From Candidatus Micrarchaeota archaeon (GTDB taxonomy: Archaea; Micrarchaeota; Micrarchaeia; Norongarragalinales; SBBD01): a DNA stretch of 11,503 nucleotides. The stretch spans positions 1 through 11,503 of the forward strand of contig JBDRLB010000055.1 of the NCBI GenBank assembly GCA_043813365.1, read 5' to 3'. A program made the position numbers and the translations under genes. This document shows, piece by piece, positions 6,807-11,503 of this stretch. Position 1 is the stretch's first letter. Each line of letters starts with the position of its first letter. The notes beneath the pieces are model-generated. The model did no database searches. It saw only the letters and a list, made by a program, of their open reading frames with translations, and had not been told where the DNA came from.

Positions 6807-6817
6807 CTTAAAAACCG
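6807..6817 (+). promoter_or_regulatory. Candidate TATA box upstream of amrS
   Basis: CTTAAAAACCG, identical to 5534-5544 upstream of the antiporter. Confidence 0.4.
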
Positions 6818-6860
6818 GCAAATCCATAATATCCCAATCCAAGTGTGCCTTGCTGATCTT

Positions 6861-7919
6861 ATGCCGTCCACATTGCTTTGGAGGAAAGACGTAGCGAGCG
6901 AGATCAAATGCCTTGCATGCCGCCGCTATTGCAAAATCCGGGAGGGGGAGGCAGGGTTTTGCGGCGTGAGGGCAAACGAAAACGGCAAGCTCAAACTCCT
7001 GGTTCATTCTCGCCCATGCTCCGTCTGGGCTGACCCCGTTGAAAAGAAGCCACTTTACCATTTCCTTCCCGGGACCACGATTTATTCAATTGGCACTTTC
7101 GGATGCAATTTCGCATGCTCCTTCTGCCAGAACTGGGACATCTCGCAAGCGCCTCAGCACCTACGCATCGAAAAAAAGAGGGAATGGAAGGCGCATTTTG
7201 AAAAACTGGTCGCAAAATGCAGGTTCTTGCCTCCCGAAGACGCCGTTTCCGAAGCGATCGCAAACAATTGCAAATCCATTGCATTCACCTACAACGAACC
7301 GGCAATTTTCACCGAATATGCAATTGATGTGATGAAAATCGCGAAAAAGAAAGGGCTGAAAGGCGTATATGTCACTAACGGCTATGAGAGCCGGGAATGC
7401 TGGGATGCGATAAAGGGCAGCATTGATGCCGTGAACATCGACTTGAAGGCTTTCAATGAAAAATTCTATTTGCAGCTTTCCGGGGTGCCGAAGTGGGAGG
7501 GAATCAAGGATTCCATCGCTTATGCGAAAAAGCTCGGCATATGGGTGGAGGCGACGACGCTCTTGATCCCGGGCTGGAATGATGATGCACAGGAGCTCAA
7601 GGCAGCTGCAAAATGGCTCGCTTCCATTGATGAGGAGCTCCCATGGCACGTCACTGCATTCCATCCGGACTACAAATTCCAAGATGCGCCTCCCACGCCT
7701 ACGGGCACTTTGGAGAAAGCGCGTGAAATTGGGATCAAGGCAGGGCTCAAGCATGTTTACTGCGGGAATGTGCGTTCCAAACGCGAATACGAAACCACCT
7801 TCTGCCCCAAGTGCAAGGAAGCATTGATCGTACGGGACGGGTATTCAATAATTGAAAACAAAATGAAATCCGGCAAATGCATTAAATGCAATTATAAATT
7901 GAAAGGGATATGGGAATGA
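6861..7919 (+). CDS. amrS: AmmeMemoRadiSam system radical SAM enzyme
   Basis: N-terminal CLACRRYC...GFCGVR, DPVEKKPLYHFLPG, radical SAM CxxxCxxC (CNFACSFC) followed by QNWDISQ, FTYNEP, VTNGY, NIDLK, FHPDY, and C-terminal CPKC...CIKC; adjacent to MEMO1- and AMMECR1-like genes. An alternative in-frame ATG at 6762 overlaps the antiporter stop. Confidence 0.93.
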   Translation: MPSTLLWRKDVASEIKCLACRRYCKIREGEAGFCGVRANENGKLKLLVHSRPCSVWADPVEKKPLYHFLPGTTIYSIGTFGCNFACSFCQNWDISQAPQHLRIEKKREWKAHFEKLVAKCRFLPPEDAVSEAIANNCKSIAFTYNEPAIFTEYAIDVMKIAKKKGLKGVYVTNGYESRECWDAIKGSIDAVNIDLKAFNEKFYLQLSGVPKWEGIKDSIAYAKKLGIWVEATTLLIPGWNDDAQELKAAAKWLASIDEELPWHVTAFHPDYKFQDAPPTPTGTLEKAREIGIKAGLKHVYCGNVRSKREYETTFCPKCKEALIVRDGYSIIENKMKSGKCIKCNYKLKGIWE

Positions 7920-8731
7920 ACGTAAGGAAGGCGGCTGTTGCCAACTCCTTCTATCCGGGAGGGAAGGATGAGCTGGAAGCGCAAATAAAAAAATTCATTT
8001 CCGATTCCGGGGAAGTGCAATTCGAGGGCAGACTCGCGGCTTTGGTGGAGCCGCATGCTGGTTATGTTTATTCCGGCCCAACTGCTGCTTGCGGCTACAA
8101 ATTGCTGCAATCGCATAAGAAGGGGATAAAAAAAATCCTCCTGTTGGGCCCTTCGCATTACGCCGGCTTTTACGGCGCATGCGAATCCGGATTTGATGAA
8201 TGGGAAACCCCCCTAGGGAATATCAAAACGGAAACCGTTGCGGACAAGGTTGACCGCAAGTACCGCGACCTTTTTCCGACCATTCCCGAAGCGCACATCC
8301 CGGAGCATTGCTTGGAAGTGCAGCTGCCGTTCCTGCAAATTGCGATGAAAAAGGATTTCCGGATCATCCCCCTTCTTTTAGGGGAAGTGGATTGTGGAGC
8401 CCTTGCGAACGCACTCTTACCCCTCATTGATGCGAGCACCCTCGTCATAGCAAGCTCCGATTTGAGCCACTACCATTCCTATAATGATGCAATCAGGATG
8501 GATGCAATTGCCAATGAGAGCGTCCCGAACCTGGACATTCCCCACTTTGAAAAATCCGGGGACGCGTGCGGAAAGAAGCCCATACTCACATTGATGCACC
8601 TTGCCCTGCAAAGCCGCTGGAAGGGAAGGTTTTTAGATTACCGCAATTCTGGAGATACTGCAGGCCCGAAGGGCCAGGTCGTGGGATACGGCTGTTATGC
8701 ATTTGGCAAAGGAAGGCTGAAAAGAAAATGA
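7916..8731 (+). CDS. amrB: AmmeMemoRadiSam system protein B (MEMO1 family)
   Basis: R-x2-AVA-x-SFYP, PHAGYVYSG, LLGPSH, WETPLG, EHCLEVQLPFLQ, IASSDLSHY, ACG, NSGD...VVGY; ATGA overlap with the amrS stop (7916-7919). Confidence 0.94.
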   Translation: MNVRKAAVANSFYPGGKDELEAQIKKFISDSGEVQFEGRLAALVEPHAGYVYSGPTAACGYKLLQSHKKGIKKILLLGPSHYAGFYGACESGFDEWETPLGNIKTETVADKVDRKYRDLFPTIPEAHIPEHCLEVQLPFLQIAMKKDFRIIPLLLGEVDCGALANALLPLIDASTLVIASSDLSHYHSYNDAIRMDAIANESVPNLDIPHFEKSGDACGKKPILTLMHLALQSRWKGRFLDYRNSGDTAGPKGQVVGYGCYAFGKGRLKRK

Positions 8732-9348
8732 GCGCGGATTATTCCCCAAATGAAAAAAAGTACATGCTCTCACTTGCCCGGGCATCGATGGAGCTTTATG
8801 TGAAATTCGGGAAGGTGCTGAAGATCGACACGGGGGACGCGCCTAAATCGCTGCTGGAGGAGCGTGCATGCTTCGTATCTTTGCATGGCAATTCGGGCCT
8901 GAGGGGATGCATCGGCTCCCTGCAAGCATTCAGGCCGCTTGTGGAGGATATTTCCGCGAATGCCATCGCCTCCGCAACCCAGGATCCGCGCTTCCCGCCG
9001 GTGCAGGAATCAGAACTCGGCAATGTGACTATTTCCATATCCGTTCTTTCCAAACCCAAGCCCCTATTTGTGAAGAGCGGCGAGGATCTCCTGAGCAAGC
9101 TGAAAAAAGGCCGGGATGGGCTCATCATCAAGAAAGGCTTCTGCAGCGCAACCTTTTTGCCAGTCGTATGGGACGATCTCTCGGAAAAGGAGGAATTCCT
9201 AACCCACCTGTGCCGCAAAGCGGGCCTTTCAGCTGATGAATGGCGCGATTCGGAAGGGATGCAGTTCTTCGTCTACGGGGCGGAGGAATTTTCCGAGGGC
9301 GAGGTAAAGAAATGGTTCTGGACGCGTTTTTTGCATGCGGGGGAATAA
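8728..9348 (+). CDS. amrA: AmmeMemoRadiSam system protein A (AMMECR1 family)
   Basis: ACFVSL, LRGCIG, DPRFPPV, ISISVLS, GRDGLII, ATFLP-x-VW, LCRKAGL; ATGA overlap with the amrB stop (8728-8731). Confidence 0.94.
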   Translation: MSADYSPNEKKYMLSLARASMELYVKFGKVLKIDTGDAPKSLLEERACFVSLHGNSGLRGCIGSLQAFRPLVEDISANAIASATQDPRFPPVQESELGNVTISISVLSKPKPLFVKSGEDLLSKLKKGRDGLIIKKGFCSATFLPVVWDDLSEKEEFLTHLCRKAGLSADEWRDSEGMQFFVYGAEEFSEGEVKKWFWTRFLHAGE

Positions 9349-9457
9349 GCCGGAAAAGCCCTAAATTGCGATGTGCATCCCTCTGCCAACCTTTTTATTA
9401 TTCCCAGCATTACAGTTATCAGGCATCCTGCCTTGAATTTGAAGGGTGATCCGTAAT

Positions 9458-9631
9458 ATGGCAAAAAAGGGGAGCGGCACGGGCGGCGAGGTCGCATTGG
9501 TTTTGGGGCTTTTCCTGGTGATATTCAATTCAATCGATTATTTCGTAGGATGGCACAAGGTGCCTACGGAAGTGTCATTCCTTGGAATAGCCTTGCTTGC
9601 AATCGGCGTATGGCTAACTAAGAAGAAATAA
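9458..9631 (+). CDS. Small two-TM membrane protein C (57 aa), unknown function
   Basis: MAKKGSGTGGEVALVLGLFLVIFNSIDYFVGWHKVPTEVSFLGIALLAIGVWLTKKK; GGTGA SD at 9445-9449; Lys-rich termini fit the positive-inside rule. Confidence 0.78.
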   Translation: MAKKGSGTGGEVALVLGLFLVIFNSIDYFVGWHKVPTEVSFLGIALLAIGVWLTKKK

Positions 9632-9680
9632 TTGCCAAGGGTTCAATTTGCTGATTCGATACGGATGCAAAGAAATATAA

Positions 9681-9742
9681 ATGTTAACTATTTATAACAT
9701 AATGTTAGAAATTACTAACAAAATGTTTGAAATACATAACTG
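9681..9742. promoter_or_regulatory. Three tandem imperfect palindromes (consensus ATGTTA-N8-TAACAT, 21-bp period); probable operator array overlapping the promoter
   Basis: 9681 ATGTTA-ACTATTTA-TAACAT; 9702 ATGTTA-GAAATTAC-TAACAA; 9723 ATGTTT-GAAATACA-TAACTG. TATA-like ATATAAAT at 9675-9682 and TTTATAA at 9691-9697. Confidence 0.8.
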
Positions 9743-9751
9743 GTGGTCAGT

Positions 9752-10180
9752 ATGGGTGATGAAGGCAAGCTGAATGTTCGCGTGATGCTCTTTGGCGCCG
9801 TTGCTTTGACATTTGTGCTCTGGGCCGTATTTGCGGGCTTTGGAAAGGATGTGCTGAGGAGCTCGACGGTACTCTTAATCGGTGCCGTACTCCTGCTTTT
9901 GGCGTACTGGTACTACAAGAGAAATTACCCGCTGATAAAGAAAAAAATCCCGCTTGATGACGAGCGTTCAAGGCGAGTAGCGGACAAGGCGATGGCCAAG
10001 GCGTATTTGGTGACGCTCTATATTGCCCTGGCTGTGATGTATTTCAGCGACACCGACCTTACCCGCTATGGCCTGCAGCCCCTGACCCCCTACTATACGG
10101 CATTGATCATAATGCTCGGCATGGTGATCTCATTGTTATTCCTGTGGGTATATTACAATGGCAAGGGAGATGTGGGATGA
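9752..10180 (+). CDS. DUF2178-like membrane protein (4 TM, DER motif), 142 aa
   Basis: Two TM helices, basic loop with [13 protein letters not shown]3-AY, two more TM helices; GGTGG SD at 9742-9746; coupled to an XRE HTH gene, the usual context for this family. Confidence 0.75.
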   Translation: MGDEGKLNVRVMLFGAVALTFVLWAVFAGFGKDVLRSSTVLLIGAVLLLLAYWYYKRNYPLIKKKIPLDDERSRRVADKAMAKAYLVTLYIALAVMYFSDTDLTRYGLQPLTPYYTALIIMLGMVISLLFLWVYYNGKGDVG

Positions 10181-10377
10181 AAAACCGGATAAAGGAATTC
10201 AGGGCAAGATTGGACCTGACGCAGGAGGAGCTCGCGATAAAGGTCGGGGTGCGCAGGGAGACGATCGTCTTCATGGAGCAGGGGAAATACGGCCCTTCCC
10301 TCAACCTGGCGCACAAGGTTGCGAGAATACTGAAAACAAAAATTGACGAGCTGTTCATTTTCGGCCAGAAGGAGTGA
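10177..10377 (+). CDS. XRE/Cro-C1 family helix-turn-helix transcriptional regulator (66 aa)
   Basis: [52 protein letters not shown]...IDELF; ATGA overlap (10177-10180). Confidence 0.95.
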   Translation: MKNRIKEFRARLDLTQEELAIKVGVRRETIVFMEQGKYGPSLNLAHKVARILKTKIDELFIFGQKE

Positions 10378-10449
10378 ATTAGTTGTATATGGATTTTAAT
10401 TCGATCCCTTTTTATTGATTGGCTGCAAAACAAATGGGGGGTGGTTTGG

Positions 10450-10737
10450 ATGGTTTGTTACGCAGTGCCCACTGCAACCGCATTGGCGATTTTCGTCGGA
10501 AGGAAACTATTTCATAAGGAACACGACGGAAAAAGCTTCAGGCTGGGGCAGCTTATGCTCGGAGGAACCGTATTTGGCGTAGTTGACCACTGGTGGAATG
10601 GCGAGCTATTTCTTTTGGGCCCGAATATCGTTGCAGACCTGATGCTCGGTTTCGCGATTACCGGCGCAATTTTCGGGGTATGGCTTGCAACCGAGGCGAT
10701 TTCACTCGCACCAAGGCCTGCAGCAACGAAGCAATAA
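10450..10737 (+). CDS. Uncharacterised three-TM membrane protein with N-terminal C-Y-x-V-P and GG...DHWWNGE motifs (95 aa)
   Basis: Three hydrophobic segments; GGGGTGG SD ending at 10444 before ATG 10450; 36 nt upstream of the ferritin-like gene. Confidence 0.75.
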   Translation: MVCYAVPTATALAIFVGRKLFHKEHDGKSFRLGQLMLGGTVFGVVDHWWNGELFLLGPNIVADLMLGFAITGAIFGVWLATEAISLAPRPAATKQ

Positions 10738-10773
10738 TTTTACTTCTATTTCAATAATTTGAGGTGTTTTGGT

Positions 10774-11265
10774 ATGGGATCGACTGGTGCTCGGATTGTA
10801 GGCATGGATGTCAAGGAGCTAATTGCATTGCTCAACAAGGCGCTTGCTGACGAATGGCTCGCTTATTACCAGTACTGGGCTGGCGCGAAGCTCGCCCGCG
10901 GGCCCATGCGCCCCGATGTCGAGAAAGAACTCAAGGAACATGCGGAGGAGGAATTCAAGCATGCGAACATGCTGGCAGACCGCATCATCATCCTCGGAGG
11001 CCAGCCCCTGCTTGACCCAGCTGAATTCCAGAAGCATACAAACTGCGGCTACGATGCGCCCAAGGATCCGAATGTCGTGGCTTTGCTGAAGCAGAACATA
11101 CATGGCGAGCAATGCGCCATTGGAGTCTATAATAAAATACTGGAAAAAGTGAAGCTCGGCAACGACCCGATCACTTTCAACATGATCCGGAAAATAATGG
11201 AGGATGAAGTGCAGCACGAGGAGGAGATCGAGAATCTCCTGGAGGACATTGGTAATTTGAAGTAG
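10774..11265 (+). CDS. Ferritin-like diiron protein, DPSL (Dps-like / bacterioferritin-related) type, 163 aa
   Basis: DEWLAYYQYW, EEEFKH, DRII-x-LGG-x-P, GEQCAI-x2-Y, DEVQHEE. Predicted ligands E27, E60/H63, E112, E145/H148 and Cys pair C91/C114; GAGGTG SD at 10761-10766. Confidence 0.9.
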   Translation: MGSTGARIVGMDVKELIALLNKALADEWLAYYQYWAGAKLARGPMRPDVEKELKEHAEEEFKHANMLADRIIILGGQPLLDPAEFQKHTNCGYDAPKDPNVVALLKQNIHGEQCAIGVYNKILEKVKLGNDPITFNMIRKIMEDEVQHEEEIENLLEDIGNLK

Positions 11266-11287
11266 TTAATTGGCGGAATCCGGCCCA

Positions 11288-11503
11288 CTACAGTTTTCCT
11301 GACCGGTAATATTCCGCAATCCCTTCCGCGAGTGAATATTTGGGTGCGAACCCAATTTCCTTCCTTGCAAGGGACATGTCGCATTCCGTATGCTCCTGGT
11401 AGGATTTGGAATATGGGTTGTCCACGTACTCGATTTCCCTTTCCGCCCCCATTTCATTTTTCAAAATTCCAAACAACTCATTGAACGACCTGGCTTTCCC
11501 CCC
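11288..11503 (-). CDS. C-terminal fragment of an NAD-dependent epimerase/dehydratase (extended SDR; HldD/RfaD-like C-terminus), truncated by the window edge
   Basis: Frame is open to the window end: GGKARSFNELFGILKNEMGAEREIEYVDNPYSKSYQEHTECDMSLARKEIGFAPKYSLAEGIAEY. The D-x-S-x-A-x3-GF-x-P-x-Y-x-L-x-EGI pattern is typical of nucleotide-sugar epimerases. Confidence 0.8.
   Translation of the reverse strand, partial: GGKARSFNELFGILKNEMGAEREIEYVDNPYSKSYQEHTECDMSLARKEIGFAPKYSLAEGIAEYYRSGKL

Noticed and set aside
8566..8727. Upstream extension of the amrA ORF suggesting an amrB-amrA frameshift fusion
   Set aside because: AmrB is complete in its own frame and a clean ATGA overlap at 8728-8731 explains the junction.
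9681..9742. Repeat array considered as a mini-CRISPR
   Set aside because: Units are 20 bp with 1-bp gaps, have no spacers and no cas genes nearby; the pattern fits operators.
10376..10402. GAATTA-N15-TAATTC inverted repeat as a possible metal-regulator box before the DPSL operon
   Set aside because: Only 6-bp AT-rich arms and no match to a Fur or DtxR consensus that I can support.

Overview
Gene-dense chromosomal window with archaeal-type signals (GGAGGT/GGTGA Shine-Dalgarno motifs, TATA-like boxes about 25 nt before apparently leaderless starts, ATGA stop/start overlaps). A small-genome DPANN-like archaeon is plausible but is only an inference. In order: 5'-truncated protein ending in a PEP-utilizer phospho-His domain; AlkD-like DNA alkylation repair protein; DEAD-box RNA helicase; two small paralogous two-helix membrane proteins; a minus-strand pair of a dPGM-type histidine phosphatase and a Zot/A32-like P-loop ATPase; CPA2 cation:proton antiporter; complete AmmeMemoRadiSam operon (amrS-amrB-amrA); a small membrane protein; a DUF2178-like membrane protein plus XRE HTH regulator preceded by three palindromes at 21-bp spacing; an uncharacterised membrane protein plus DPSL ferritin-like protein; and the 3' end of an NAD-dependent sugar epimerase. 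No rRNA, tRNA, CRISPR array, transposase or integrase was recognised. The best leads are the ATPase facing the duplicated membrane proteins, the triple operator array, the membrane protein/DPSL pair and a hairpin between divergent promoters. All family calls come from motif recognition by eye, not database searches.
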